Of a stretch of 64,000 nt of DNA, positions 1 through 19,550 are shown in pieces. Every line of letters begins with the position of its first letter. Position 1 is the stretch's first letter. The stretch spans positions 2,865,476 through 2,929,475 of the forward strand of contig JBJCIZ010000239.1 of the NCBI GenBank assembly GCA_051294375.1, read 5' to 3'. A model generated the notes under the pieces. It was not told where the DNA came from, did not search any database, and worked only from the letters and a program-made list of their open reading frames with translations. Origin of the DNA: Paraspadella gotoi. Lineage: Eukaryota > Animalia > Chaetognatha. The position numbers were made by a program, and so were the translations under genes.

Positions 1-2407
1 GCTTTTTTAAAGGAGGTCATGTCGGTGAAAGTGACGAAGGATCGCTCGCACGAATGTTCGGGAAGAAGCTTTTTTCTGTTCTGCTTTTTGACTTCCTTGT
101 TGTTGGAATCGGATTTGTCGGTGGATGAGGAGGAGGAGGATTCGCTGACGAGATCCGACGGCGGAGGGACTGAGTTTTCTAGAGAATCCTTTTCGAAAAA
201 AATAAATCAAAATATATAAGAGAAAAAATAAGCAACTAATAAAACAAAAACACATAAGCTGAAAAATCACAATGCAGCGGTGAGAGCGACTTTACCTCTA
301 ACTCGACGATCGGCATCGTGGTGCTGTGGAATAGAATTTGAGGTCCGGTTCTAATGAGTTTGCTGAACCTCGCCGCCTTCTTCTTTTCCATCTCCAACTT
401 TTGAAACTCGTGAAGGGAGAGGAGGTTCTAGAGAAAGAGTTGTTAGAGACAATGTATTCCGAGGAGAAGAAGAGAAAGGTGCAAAGTCGCTCAAGGAAAG
501 GCAAGACTCGAACCTGTTTCTCCGTTTCCTTGGCCTCCTCGAGCAACTCTTCCTGCGTGAGTCTCCGCACGGCGGCGACGTTCTTCCGCGACGCCATCTC
601 CGCCATCATCTTCTTCCGAATTTCATCCTCTTTCTTCCGCCGATCGGATTCCGCGGATTTCAGAGACGTCGTCGCTCTGTCATATATATATTAAGAGAGT
701 GGTCTTTTCATACAATTGAAACATTCTTTGAAACATTATACCACTTCATTGATAGGGAAGCCAGGTACTCTGGGAGTGAATAAACGAGACTGAGAAAGAG
801 TCTTTATTGAAAGCTTGAAGGGACCTGCTATGTCATTATGTAAGAGTGATGGAGGCCTTAAACAACCAAAGCCTGTCTAAAGTCAGGGGCAAGATAGCTT
901 ATTTATCAAATGAATGGATATTTTTTATATTGGTTTTACAATTTTCATATCAAAAAAACACAAAACAAAAAAATTAAATTAGGTTAAATGAAAGTTAATC
1001 GAAAAATATCGGGATTAAGGAAATCTTGGTACTCCAACCCGGCCGTCGCTTCCTTCAGCAACTCGGAATACCAGTAAACGTCTTCTTTGCTTACAACTCA
1101 ACTCTTGAATTTACCACGACATAAATGATAGTTGATAAATCAAAGTCAATCAACCAATGAATAAATCGTTGAATGAGTAAAGGACTTCAAAATCAAAAAA
1201 CAAATTACTATTTAGACTTCGAAGTTGGAGACAGAGAGAGTCAGATTCCCCCGACTCAACGATGACAAGGTTCGGAAAAGAAAAATTTAAAGCCGCGGAA
1301 CATCGGGTCTTATAACCTGACTTTGGTCCTCGGGGGTGCGTCGGCGTCGTTCTTTGCTCCTTCCACGCCCACTTCCGCTTTCCTCTTTCGCCGCGCCGGC
1401 GCTCTTTTCGGCTCCGCTTTCGTCCCCTTCGGCTCCGGCGCCGATCGCCCGCCCTTCTTCGGCGTCTCCTTTCTTTTCTTTTTGTCCTTAATCTCTTTCC
1501 TTTTCGGCTCTTTGTAGGCCTGGAGCCGGATAGAAGTGTAAATATGTATAAGAGAGGAACTTTTGATTTATAGGAAAATGAAATTGAGCTCCTCAATCTA
1601 ATTTGCATACAGTCGTTTTGGAAGTCAACTCAAATTCACAACTGATGTTAATTTGTGGTGATATATTGCAGACATTGTTTTAATTTTTTTTCGTTGCATT
1701 AAATGAGAAAATTGTGTTTTGTTTTCAGACAACGAAAATTTATTATTATTATTAATTTATACATTTATATAAATTATACTACAAAACGGACATGTTTCGG
1801 CTATAATGTTAGCCTTCATTTTGCGCTGATGAAGGCTAACATTATAGACGAAATATGTCCGTTTTTTATTATTAATAATAATAATTAATTTTCGTTGTCT
1901 GAAAATAAGACACAATTTTCTAATTTAAAGGCGATAAATTGCGAATTTACGCCGGTCAAAGTGCTAATAAACAAAATCATAATATAGAGATTCATGTTTA
2001 TTCATGATCATAAATCGGCCTCTCGACAAAGACGGCGACGCAGCGCTGCGCGAGGAAATACCTTGGTGTAGACTCCGCCGGTGGGCGCTCTCCTTTTCTC
2101 TTCGTCCTCGCCCTCATCGATCTCGGCCTCACCTTCCGCGTTCTCGTCGATGTCGAAGTCGGAATCGACTCGATCCGAATCGGAGTCTTCCGATTGATAA
2201 TCCTGCGCGAAAAGAGAGAATCTCCGAGTTAACAAAACTGATCATCTTACTCCCCGCGATTCCAACTCGGGTTCGGCCCACCCCGTCGTCCTCCACTTCT
2301 TCGAATCCACCGTAGGTCGTTTTGTAAAACTCGTCCTCTTCCTCCTCGTTGAGAAGACGCGCCATTTTGGAGCCGGCGTTCTCGCGACGCTCACGCACCG
2401 CCGCCAT
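1..2407 (-). CDS. VPS72: VPS72/YL1 (H2A.Z chaperone, SRCAP/TIP60 subunit); multi-exon, 3' end runs off the window
   Basis: Spliced translation MAAVRERRENAGSKMARLLNEEEEDEFYKTTYGGFEE..DYQSEDSDSDRVDSDFDIDE..TK|AYKEP..LTQEELLEEAKETEKQ|NLLSL..GPQILFHSTTMP..CERSFVTFTD matches YL1 family motifs. Exons approx 2407-2282, 2202-2062, 1519-1317, 676-514, 428-297, 188-<1. Confidence 0.93.
692..950. repeat. Dispersed ~250-bp intronic repeat, family A, copy 1
   Basis: Shares CACTTCATTGATAGGGAAG..GAATAAACGAGACTGAGA..GATGGAGGCCTTAA..AAAGCCTGTC.AAAGTC.GGG.CAAGATAGCTTATTTAT.AAATGAATGGAT with 26146-26353, 38429-38678 and 60013-60195. Confidence 0.9.
1576..1609. repeat. Short hairpin repeat, family B, copy 1 (degenerate)
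   Basis: AAATGAAATTGAGCTCCTCAATCTAATTTGCATA; related to AAATGAGATTGAGTTC(C/T)TCAATCTCATTT at 52868 and 61590. Confidence 0.75.
1699..1928. mobile_element. Long imperfect palindrome carrying a Penelope-type minimal hammerhead motif (inverted pseudo-LTR relic)
   Basis: Arms AGAAAATTGTG..TTTTCAGACAACGAAAAT..AAAACGGACATGTTTCGGCTATAATGTTAGCCTTCA and TGAAGGCTAACATTATAGACGAAATATGTCCGTTTT..ATTTTCGTTGTCTGAAAA..CACAATTTTCT. The right arm has CTGATGA(1826-1832)..GAAA(1850-1853)..GTC(1857-1859). Confidence 0.7.
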
Positions 2408-5400
2408 TTTGATTTTTTTTTCTTCAAGTTTTAAAATAAAAAGGTTGTTGATGGCCTTTTCACGGACAAAAATAACTGTTTCCTATTGAATCGTTCTGGA
2501 AGGTCAAAAGCATTTTATATTAATAGATCGGTCTCGACAACTGTTGTATTTAGTATATAAAAAACAAAAATAAAAGCTATTTACAATCTGTCAATACGAA
2601 AGCAAAAAAAAAAAAACACAAAAAAAAACACAAATTAGTTTAATCATAAGCCAATTTTATTTAAAAAGAAAATCACGATACAAAGGCATTGTAATTGTAT
2701 TACTAAAAACAAATAAATTAAAAAATATATTTTTAACAACCAAGAGCAACCGAGAAACAAGTAACCTCAATACGAGCCGCGATAACACATCAAAATTATC
2801 ATTTTTTAAAATATTTTGAATTGTTTTCCATAATTATATAGGTAAATCTCCAAACAATAAAAATCCTCACAATCATAATTTTAATATTAAACTATTTGTT
2901 AACACGTATAATATAGGAATAATATCAGTGTGGTCCTCTTTACATTTTAATATGCATAATTTTAACTATAATCGTCAAACGCTCCTCTATTTGAATATTA
3001 TTATTAGAATCAGTTTTTTGCCTAAAATTGAATTGAAAGACCATATCCTTTAAAGTGGATCAATCATTTATTTCATATGAATTTTTGTGACGAACTAATC
3101 TTTGTTAAAAACTGAACTAGATTTTTGAAATCGAGGCTTGTATAAAAATCACACGTCACTTTAGCATTCAGTAATTTCTTTACTAAACTCGACAGCGGGC
3201 ATCGGACGATAAATTCAGATTGGTTATAATAATATTTTTTGTCAAATACCAAAAACACAAAAAATATTCCCACGATCCCATTAGCAAAAGAAAGATTTGG
3301 TGGGTGGATTTGTATACACTGAGGAGAAAAGGCGCGCTCCGCATGCACACAATGAGCGGGCGTAAACTAAGCTGTACACTAAGGCGCAGTGAAAATAGCC
3401 AAATTTTATGTAATCGACATTTGAAAATCACAAAAAATTTTTACCTTTAAATATAATTTCATTGTAGGTAAAACGTGTATTTGACTAGTGACTACAATAT
3501 TTTCACGCGAATGGCAATTTCATTTCAAATTCAAATCTAGCGGTTTAATTTTAAAGTTTTTAAACTATTTTACTATATATAAAATGGCAAACTATTATAA
3601 AAGCCATAAAGTTCACGTGGTAGAATATTTTTTATGATAAATTTCAAACCTTGATATGAATTTCACGAGGCGCTATGGTGCACAAAGCCCAAAAAATCTT
3701 TAGTACATTACCTGTACAAAAGGTTCTGATAACAAGCATGAAGCGAGACAAACGTTCAGCCGAATTAGAACAAGGCATAGAGAAGCTGTTGAAACCGCCT
3801 TAATAGACCCATATTTTTAAAATTTTATTATCATATTGAGAACTGCGAAAACAAACTAATAGATGTCCCTAAAAAATATTCGAACACAAAAAAACTGCAA
3901 TCTAGTATAACTATATATATGTATAGAAGATAGATTTATTAAGTTCGCCACTCTCGATTGCGCAAGGGGATCAAAGCGGCGAGATAGCTCACACAGTGTA
4001 TTAAGTACCGTTTTCGAGCCTTTGTAAGATTAATTTATGAAAAACATGATTTGTATTTTTTTTAAATGAAACTTAACTAAATATTTCATACGAAGTTGAA
4101 AAAAAGTAAAAATTTCAAGAAAAAATATTAAGAATAAGGCAGGAAATGATATACTGGCGTGGAAAATGATCATAAACCAAAAAATATATTAAAGGACATA
4201 TCTATTGTTTTGTTTAAAAATTAATGCCGACATTTTAAAATATTTGTGGCGAAGGGCGAAAAACCAAGGACCAAATTTATCCAGTTCTCAGAAATAGAGG
4301 GTTAACGCATTATACTATATTAATATATTATATTATATAATGTTCCGACAACCGGTTCTTTGCCGCACGACCCAGGCATCAACAAGCGAACCCGCCATTG
4401 ACGAATGTATTAACCGGAACTGAACAGAAATAAAAGATGGTACATGCTGATAATGTTGCCTAGCAAGTTCAATTTTTATCTCACAGCTAGAATTAAAGGC
4501 GTCATTGAATGAACGGAAAGCAAAATAAAGCTTTTTACCCAAAAGTTCCCTCACAGTAAACGGTTTAGAATTGGTATTGAAATAAACTTCAATTAGGAAT
4601 TGTGAAATACGGTGAAATATGGAATATAATGATTAGTGAATAACGGTAGCAAATTATGATTCATGAAAGGTAGCTAGTGGACGATTAATGATAGCTAAAT
4701 ACCGATCAACATATTATCAGGAGCTTCCCTTTAACATAGTAATCTCTGTACCCTCAATCATTTTCATGCCATATTTCATTTATTACCGAAATGGCATTCC
4801 CTGTAAAATAATAATTTTTTTCGCGTTTTACTTTTCACAGGTGAAGATTAAATTTATACCATACAGTAAATTTAGTTACCCTAAAAAACAATATGCAAAT
4901 GAGACGCATAACGGTAAACCAAAAAATAATTCAACCTTCCTTAGTTTCAATTGCTGTATTAAACAAACAAATATTTGAATTACAGCAAAAAGCTCAATTA
5001 TATCTTGGGAGCACTGACTCGAAAAATTCACAAATACTTAATTTCATATCACAAAATTATTAAAAAACTTTCAAAAGTTTAGCAAACTTAGTTGCACGCC
5101 TTCCGGGAAAAAAGCTTAGTGTGAAATTTCTCTTCATGTGATAGCGATTGATTTGATGATGATTGACTTGGTGAGAGAAGGCGCTGCTGATTTTCGAGAG
5201 CCTCATTTATGTAAAAAAATTCTTTCTTTGATGACAAATTACTTACGTGTAAACTCGACGCATCACTGATATGGTTATATTGCTGCGAACAAAAAAAGTT
5301 ATGACTATGGACGAAAAATGCTTACGATATATAGCATAAATACGACGTAAGGTGGTAGCTGTAAAGCACCTCCCCATTATCGCGAGTTAAGGAATGGACG

Positions 5401-5428
5401 TTATTTGTTGCGAATTAAAAAAAAAAAA

Positions 5429-11398
<5,970 letters not shown>

Positions 11399-12135
11399 GG
11401 CCGGGGTCCGACGACGACGGTCGAATTAGACGAAGGGATTAAAAAATGACGATTTAAGAATCGAGGCGTTTTATCTCTGCGTCACAACGCCAAAGACGGC
11501 AGGAGCGGCATAACGAAAATGACTAGTTGGACATTCCCGGTCGTCTCTATTGGCAGTGGGTTTGTGGGATCGGACCGAGGTCGTTCCTTTTTAATCTTTT
11601 GACAGTCAAATTCACTTCCATCACATTAAGTGTTTTATAACTATCTAAATTTTTTTTAAAAAGGAAACTGCACGGGTTTGATGAAGTAAGAACAACCGCG
11701 AGTTTTAAACTTAATCGGTCTAAATAAAATATATACAACTTGTTCGGCAAGGAGATAAACATTGGGAGCTGCCATCGAGTAGTTCGTCAAGAGCGACGAT
11801 TAGCGACCTCTTCCTTCAAAATACGAAACAAAAGCGAGACGAAATTTTCGAAAGAGTATTTTCATCGTATTATTTTTTGACGCACAACTTATTAAACAAG
11901 TTTTTGAAGATAAAGACTGGAATAAATTTGTAAAAGTTAGTTTTTAACACATGATAAAAATAACAAAATATAAAAATGAAATTAAAACTAAAATTAAAAC
12001 AAATCGACTCGTATTTGGAAAAAAAAAAACTTCCGTTCGATCCAGACCCCCAAAAAAATACAAGGACAAGAACGAAGGAAGCCTTCCGTTGTATAAAAAT
12101 CTTTGCGGTTTGCGATTCGTAATCAACGGCCGAAT

Positions 12136-13411
12136 TTACAACTCGCCCAGGTCCCTCGACCCGATTCTCTCTTCGAGATGAGATTCCAGTTTTTGGATCT
12201 TCTGTTCGAGTTCCTTTTGCCGCCGCCGCATGTTTCCGTGTTGAACGTGATCGACGCTCTTTCCATCCTTGTGGTCGTTCTCGATGGAATCCGCCTGATC
12301 GCGCACCCACTCGTGCTTCTCGAGCTTCTTCTGAAAGTGGGCCAGTTCCTCCTTGAGCGAGTGGAGCTCTTCCGCGGTGAAGTTGGCCTTTTCCGCGCGG
12401 AGCCAGAACTCGAGGACTCGTGGTTCCTTGAATTGGGATCCGCTGCCGCCGATTTTCTCATTGATTCGATCCCAGTTTTCTTTCAACTCTTCCTTTTTAT
12501 CTCTCACTTCTCTCTTCTTCAACATTTGGGTGTGTTCCGAGTTTTCTTGGTACTTGTGAGGAGGGGCGTCCCCTGATAGAAAAATAAAGAACGTTAACTT
12601 TTCATACAAATTGGAAGCGTCTTACCTTCCAGTCAAATGATAAATACAATACGCGTTTAAATATAAATAAATAAACAGACCGACCCAAAAGTAACTACGT
12701 GGGGTAGCTCCGCGAATGGCCGATTCTCAAAGTAAGTGACAAAATGAATAAAAATATTTGGTTTCCGAACCCTTCACCTTGAGGAATCTCATTGGAGACA
12801 GAAAAGTCGTCGTCGTCTTTCAACAAGAGATTAAGTTGATCTTGTTTCTCCTGATGATGACGCAGCTCAACTTTAAGCGCCTCCAACTCATTTTCGTCGA
12901 AGCCGCTCTTCGCCGCCAACTTCCAGAGTTTGTCCACTTTTGGGTCGGCGAAGGAAGCCGAGGTTTTTTCTCCCGGGGAGACTTCGTTGAATTCCTTGGC
13001 GCTGAACTTCTTAGATCCCGGGGTTAGCGCCTCGACCAGCTTTTCCTTCAGGTCAAACTCCAAGACGATCCGATTGAAACTTTGGCGAAGGGCGGCGGCG
13101 ATTTCGCCGTCTTGGTCGTAGCCCGGTCGCATCTTGCCGTGCTTGTGGTCGAGCTCTTTCTGGTCGTGACTTTTTAGGGCGAGGAAGAGAGCGTCCAGAC
13201 GAAGGGGGTCCAACAACTCTTTCTTCTTCGCCTTTTGCCAGACGATGTTGATTCGGTTCATGCGAAAGGGAGCCTCGTTTTCGGGGCGGGACGGAAGAGG
13301 CGAGCCGTCGCCGGGAGAATTTTTATTCGAAGAGTATTTATTGCCTCCACTCGGCTCGATCATCGCGAGACCGAACAGGATAAAGAATCCAATTAATGAG
13401 AGTCGAAACAT
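12136..13411 (-). CDS. LRPAP1: LDL-receptor-related protein associated protein (RAP), 2 exons
   Basis: Signal peptide, then NKYS..PFRMNRINIVWQKAKK, FADPKVDKLWKLAAKSGFDENELEALKVELRHHQEK, FKEPRVLEFWLRAEKANFTAEELHSLKEELAHFQKKLEKH. C-terminal ..LGEL* resembles an ER-retrieval signal. Exons approx 13411-12778 and 12572-12136. Confidence 0.92.
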
Positions 13412-14250
13412 GTTTACAATTCCGTTTAAAAATACTGTGAAAAAAAAAATCGGAAGGTTGACTACTTTGACGAAATAAAATGCGTGTCAAAAAAGAAAAA
13501 AAATTAAACGATTCATTTTCGAAAATAGGACCAACGAATACTAATCTACCTAGTACCTTCTACTAATAATCTATATAAATGGTGTATATATGTATAATCA
13601 GTACAGAAAAAAATTATCGCTACATAAAACACTCGTAACCTTTGAACGATAAACGGAATGTAAAGTGAAAAAAAATCGACTAAAATCGAAAACAAATAAT
13701 CAGAAAAAAATATTAGACTAGATCGTATTTTCAAATAACTGGGAATATTTCATTCTTCATTACTAATGAGAATACTATGCGAAAATGATAAACTTACTCT
13801 TCGTTTGAACGTCTGAATGTTAAATGTTTATCTACACAGGTATAATTAAAATGGACACAGAATCCAGCAATTTTAAATCAAAATCTTAACCACCAAGTGA
13901 CGGGGCACAATAAACTACTATCTCCAAAACAAGACAAGCCAGAGCCGAACAAAGGTCATTTAAATTGTAATTTGAGCATTAAAAGCTGCAAATTCTTATC
14001 CATTATTTCGAAACAAATAAAAATTTCAAAAGCTTTCATTTTTATAATTTCGAGGATAAAAAACGTTTTTTTATCACTTGCTGAAAACTCCATTAAACAC
14101 AAACCATGGACATTGTATCGGCAAAGCAATGCAATTTAAAGTCAAAAAATATCTAGAAGCGATTTCAAAATATTAAAAAATAAAGTAAATTAAAATGTGC
14201 GGCTATGTAAATTTCGTTCTTTTTTAATCAATGCAGTGCAATGCCATATA

Positions 14251-17200
14251 TCAGGCCATTATGTAAGTAGATTTGCCATCCATAACAGGGCCGCCACAAA
14301 TATCGCTCGCAACTTTGTAAACTTGCATACCTTGTTCATCGATAGACATGGGATAAATTTCAAAACCTTCTGCCCCAGAGACCGTTTCTATCAAACTCGT
14401 AATATGCTGTGAAGCGAGCGGCTCCTTCGTGAGAACCATCAAGAAACCGCCACCTCCTGCACCGGTAAGGAGCTGCCCTTTGACATGAGGAGTCAAAACT
14501 TGCATGACTTGACGGAGGATCAGCGGATCGCTTGAAGGTGACATCACTTTTTTCTGTTCCCAATACTTGTTCATGCAGACGCCAAGAGCATCCAAGTCAC
14601 CAGCGGTAATGGCGCGCGCTGCGTCTTGAGCGTTCTCTACCAACCCGCGCACAGTATTAACGATCGACGGTTCTCGCGATAACCACCTGCGCAAAGCCTC
14701 GAGCAAAATATTCTTCGCCAATCTTGTCTTTCCCGTGTAAATCAGAAGAAGGTGGTCACAAAAACGACTTTTGAAACTCTGATCCGGCTCCAGAACCTCG
14801 ACCTCGATTTTAACAGGAAGTTGTGGCTTGGAAGAGCACATTTTGAAACCAGGTAAAAGTCCCCCGACCTGATCTTGCCACCCACCGCCAGTTGTCAGCA
14901 TTTGCTCGAGGATGAGAACGGCGTGAAAAATACTATCGTTTGTATACTCAAAACCTCTCAATTCATAGAGGGTGGCAAGAAGGGCGCCAGCCAAAATGCT
15001 ACTCGTGCCGAGACCACTGCCACGAGGAAGATTAGACCAACAACGAATTTCCAATCCGGGAGATTGAATGCTTTGCATCAGCTGATCGGCAAGTAGCATT
15101 TCGTGCGCACCACTGGGAGACTGATCGCCAGATTCTCTGCTTTGAGCCAATTGAACTAAATCGGGCAACTTGACGATGCCTGTAAAAATCAATGCGGTTT
15201 TTACCAAGGCCCCCGGGGACATGGGTTGATTGAAATCTTTAAAGTCGTCGACCGAAGACAACTCGATGTAATCGCCGCCGCTTCCGTCGGCAGAAAAGCA
15301 AATCCTTACCATTGGTTCGTGAAGCCTCATGACTTTGGCACCGATTGGTCTTTTTTGGTCAATCAAAATCGCAACGTTAGTCACACACCCCCCTCCATCC
15401 TTATTTTCGTAGGTCATCGGTGGGGTGTCTGACCAACCTCCCGACAAATCCAAACGCGCCGGACATTCGGCAACAATCCAATGGTTTCTCCCCTCAATAT
15501 CCTCCGCATCTCCGCGATCTTGTTTCGGAGAGACGGCGACCAAGTTCTTCGACAATAAAATGGATTGACGAATCAAAATCTGCGCAGCGCCCTCGTAATG
15601 ACGGGAAGCACGCACCAAGCGTTGCGGGCGATCCATCCAATGGCGACGTTCTGCCGCTAGACGTCGGATGCCCTCAGTCAGGTCACCGATAGCAATTTGA
15701 GCAAACGCGTTCTGCCACGATTTATTTCCCGCCGGACCCGAACGCAACCCTCCCTTACCCTTGGCCAAGCATCCGAGAACATCGGCAATTGCGGCCAACG
15801 TTCGCGTTAACGGAGTCAGACCCGAAACCCCGTGATATGAACATTTTTCCGCGGTGTCATCCAAAGAATCTAACAGGATTCCCTCCTTTCCTTCCAAAAT
15901 GGCTTGCGTGAAGTAAGGCAGAAGATTTACTCGATCACCTTCCAAAATTACTTTATTGATTTTGGCGCAGAGAGAGGACCAAAACAAGCGGTGGCGAGTG
16001 TCCAGCTCCAGGTCGGTATTGACGAAAAAGTATGCCTCCATCGGCGACAAGGTCAGACCGCCAGTGCGACACTGCGTCAGCAAAGCACCAGTGTCTCCTT
16101 CGCTAATTAGATGGAGATAATGCTGGATGATGAGAGTCGGATCGGAAGAGAGCAAAACGGGAAAGGTTTTCCAAGACCATAGAGTCGTGTTTTCCCCAGC
16201 GTTGAGAACCGAGTCGATTCCCGAGCCCAGGGAATCCAAGTAAGGGGCCAACGGACGGCCCAAGAAGGTCGAGTTCGGATACTTAATGGGCATGTTGATG
16301 TCATCGTGGACGTTAAAAAAGACGAGAAAGCTCCCAAGCGTCGGTGTGGGAGTACTTTGCGGAACGGCGTCCAAACCCTGAGATGAAAATGTGTGATCGG
16401 AAGACGGAGCGGGAACCCGAATCCGGATGAAGAGAAAGACCGTCCCGTCGGGAATGACGATCGGGGTCGCGTTCGACGATAGGTGCAATTTTAATCCGCT
16501 AATGATGCAATCTTGACCAATGGATATTGCACCCTTGAGATCGCAATGCTGGACGACGGCCCCGGAAGAAATACTGACTCCTGGCACGAGAGAAACGCGA
16601 GTAATTTTTCGCGGTAAAGAAAAAAAAGTTCTGTAATAAAAGAAATGTACAGACCTTTTCCGACGAAAGAGTTGGAAATTATTGCCTCGGTAGAAACGTG
16701 TTCCTCGTCCACGAAAGAGTGCTTAATGGCCAATCCTCCAGGCGGCGACCCTTTCAAAAGCTCCTTCATTTGCGCGGCGAAACCCCGGGGTTTCGCGCTG
16801 AGATACTCGAGCCTCCCACCCGGGACCACCACGACTCGAGCTTCGTGTCCGTGAAGTTGGTCCCAGATGACGCGACGCGCCCGATAGAGAACGTCTCGTT
16901 CGTTGACCCGCACCGGCTGCTTGACGAATCGTCCGTAGAGGTGGCGATTTTGGAATTCCTCCAGAGTCACGTTCGATGACAAAGGAAGGAGAAAGTCGAA
17001 AAAGAGCGAGAGGCCGACAGGGACGAGGCCTGTAAATCAAATTTATATTTATAAATATGTATATCAATAAACAAGTTTGAGCAAACGATGTCGAATCTGC
17101 CCACGATCATTATCGGTAATTAAATAATTAATAAATTAATAATTAATTCACGTTAATTAATTTTTTAGTCAATTAATTAATGTTTATTTTGATTGATTAA

Positions 17201-19131
17201 TTGACTGATTAATTAATAATTGATTAATTAATTGACTAATTGATTAATTAACCGATTAATTATTTGATTAATTTATACATCTTGTATTTACATTTAATAT
17301 AAAAAGAAAAAGAAGCATAATCAATTAGTGAAACAGGTTGTTTGTTTATAAGCAGATCCGACTAAAAATTTTTTTTTACAGTAACTGGTCGACAAACCTA
17401 AATTTGCCCCAAGTAAGTGGTAGCATTGAGCGGTGCGATCTGGTGAAGCCGTTATTTTTCAGCGAGAGAAGGATTGAAAAAGTTATGCCCGCCACCAAAG
17501 GCAAAGCATCGGAGCCGTCTGATAATATAATACATTTAAAAAAAAAAAATAATTAACATAGGTGAGGTTGACGCATTATCCTTGTTAATCAAGTCTCACT
17601 CGAAGCCCTGTCTTCTTCCAGAAACTTTTGCAGCTGACTCTCTGTTCCTTGGTAAATGATGTCTCTCAAAGAGCCGTCATCGTGATTGACTCGGAAACTC
17701 CGTGATCCAAACAAGCTTCCACGGTTGCGGGAACGGCCAACAAAACTGCTCCAGGAACTGCCAGAAGAAAAAAAAGATCATTACATTACATTACATTAAC
17801 TCATTACAGTTTTTATCTCATAGAAGGTTTTTTTTAAAATATCAAATTCATTTGCATATATTAATAAATCATTTAAAAAGTCATAAGTTAATATCCTCCG
17901 TGATTATTAAGTTGCCTTTCATAAATTTTGCTTTAGCACTTTCTTCGGTACTAACAAAGTTCAACCTTCAAAAAAAATTTACAATATGTAAATCAATAAT
18001 CAGTAAATCAAGAAGCTCTATCAATAAAGATGAAGCAATATATATAAAGAAGAAGTAGCACAAAATCAAAACAATATCAGCAAAAACCTTAAAAGTAAGC
18101 CACATCCAATAATCTATAAATCAGAAACTCAGCCCCCCCCTCCCTCGAGTGGTGCACCTTTTTTTGATGGCGATTGATTTTTTGAATTATTGATCGACTC
18201 AGTCGACGCGAAACATTTCGAGGTGGAGAAAGCCTCCGTTAAATTCAAGTCATGAATGACAAAGTCAGAGCTGGCGACCCAAACCCCTGGGTAAAAAAGT
18301 TATTCAATTTTGTACAAATTAAGATTTTTTTTTTCTCTTTTTAAACATTAAAATATTTACCAGGTGGTTGAGCAAGACACGGATTCAAACAGAGAATGAG
18401 CCTGTCGATGTTGCAAGGCAACCAGATTGGAAGATAGGAAGAATCCTGAGCTGAAGTCGGCGACATGACTGTGAAGCCTCGACCACACGGATCGAACATG
18501 AATTCACGGCCCATGTGAATGATCAAAATGCGGATACCCTTAGATTTAATTGTTCAATTTTAATTTGTCTTCCAAACGTCGTCCTTACAAAATGAGTTAA
18601 GCGCAAACCTGAAATACGTCATTGGTGAGAACAGTGAAGCCCTTATTAGCGCTAAAATGTTCGGCGACCGAAAGAAGGGCGTTCAGCGTAGCTGCTCCGC
18701 TCCCTATACTTTCAGCAGGGTCTTCCACGCAGAGCAAGAGCGCGTTCTATTTAAAAATAATGTTTCATGTGTCACAACGACTTCAAACAAAAAATACAAA
18801 ACCAATGGATTTTTATAACTTACAAGTTACTTCCTTCCAAACGACATTTTTTAATTACTTTTAGTGTAGCAGATAGACAGAGATATCCCTCCGTTAGATA
18901 GTATTATTTAAATTACGTAAAAGCAGGACGACTGAATTTTTCATCCTGGGCTAAATTGCAACGTACCTTCAACGATGCCGGCCAACCGCTGGCCTGTCGC
19001 CTCTGTAGCTCTTTCATAAAAGCCTCTGCGGATGGCGAGTCTCTCGAAGTAAAAACAACGGCGTCCCAAGAGGCTGACGCCGATGAGGTATCCTCGGGAG
19101 CTGAAGGCATTGTTGATGATTGATGGCTCAT
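14251..19131 (-). CDS. FCSK: L-fucose kinase (GHMP kinase); multi-exon, one apparent 1-nt frameshift near 17696
   Basis: N-terminal [46 protein letters not shown]; [62 protein letters not shown]. The last exon, ~16582-14251, is intronless. Confidence 0.93.
17120..17275. repeat. AT-rich low-complexity (AATT/GATT) tract in an FCSK intron
   Basis: Degenerate repeats of TTAATTAATTGA. Confidence 0.7.
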
Positions 19132-19550
19132 CGTTTTTTGCTAAATTAATCCTTCCAGAAAAGAAATCAGTTAAAACCGATTTCGATTCATAGATAAATT
19201 TGTATTTACGTAGCAAGTATCGACTAGGTTTTGAAGCGTAGTCGCAAGTTGCTGCTCTTAAGCGTTGTTAAATACTATAAAAACCGTTGTATGTTTCAGT
19301 ATTTCTGTTGCCAGTATTTCAACAATTGTACAGAGTATTTTTAATAAGAAGACTCGCTCAAGATTCCATCTTCAAAATTAGTTTTTCTGTAAATCATTTA
19401 ATTTGGGATCAAAATCAAAATACTCGGATGTAAATTCCTGAAGCGAAATAAAATTTTAATATATGCATCTATTAAAAAAATCATACGTAATTTTGCAAAA
19501 AGCTGTTAAATCTAATTCTTGGCACAGCGATTGAGTCGTTGCTTTCTCGT

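Noticed and set aside
2430-5420. Possible hidden gene, MITE or SL RNA gene in the 3-kb AT-rich interval
   Set aside because: No convincing ORF, terminal inverted repeats or leader/Sm-site structure found by eye; likely AGAP 3'UTR plus spacer.
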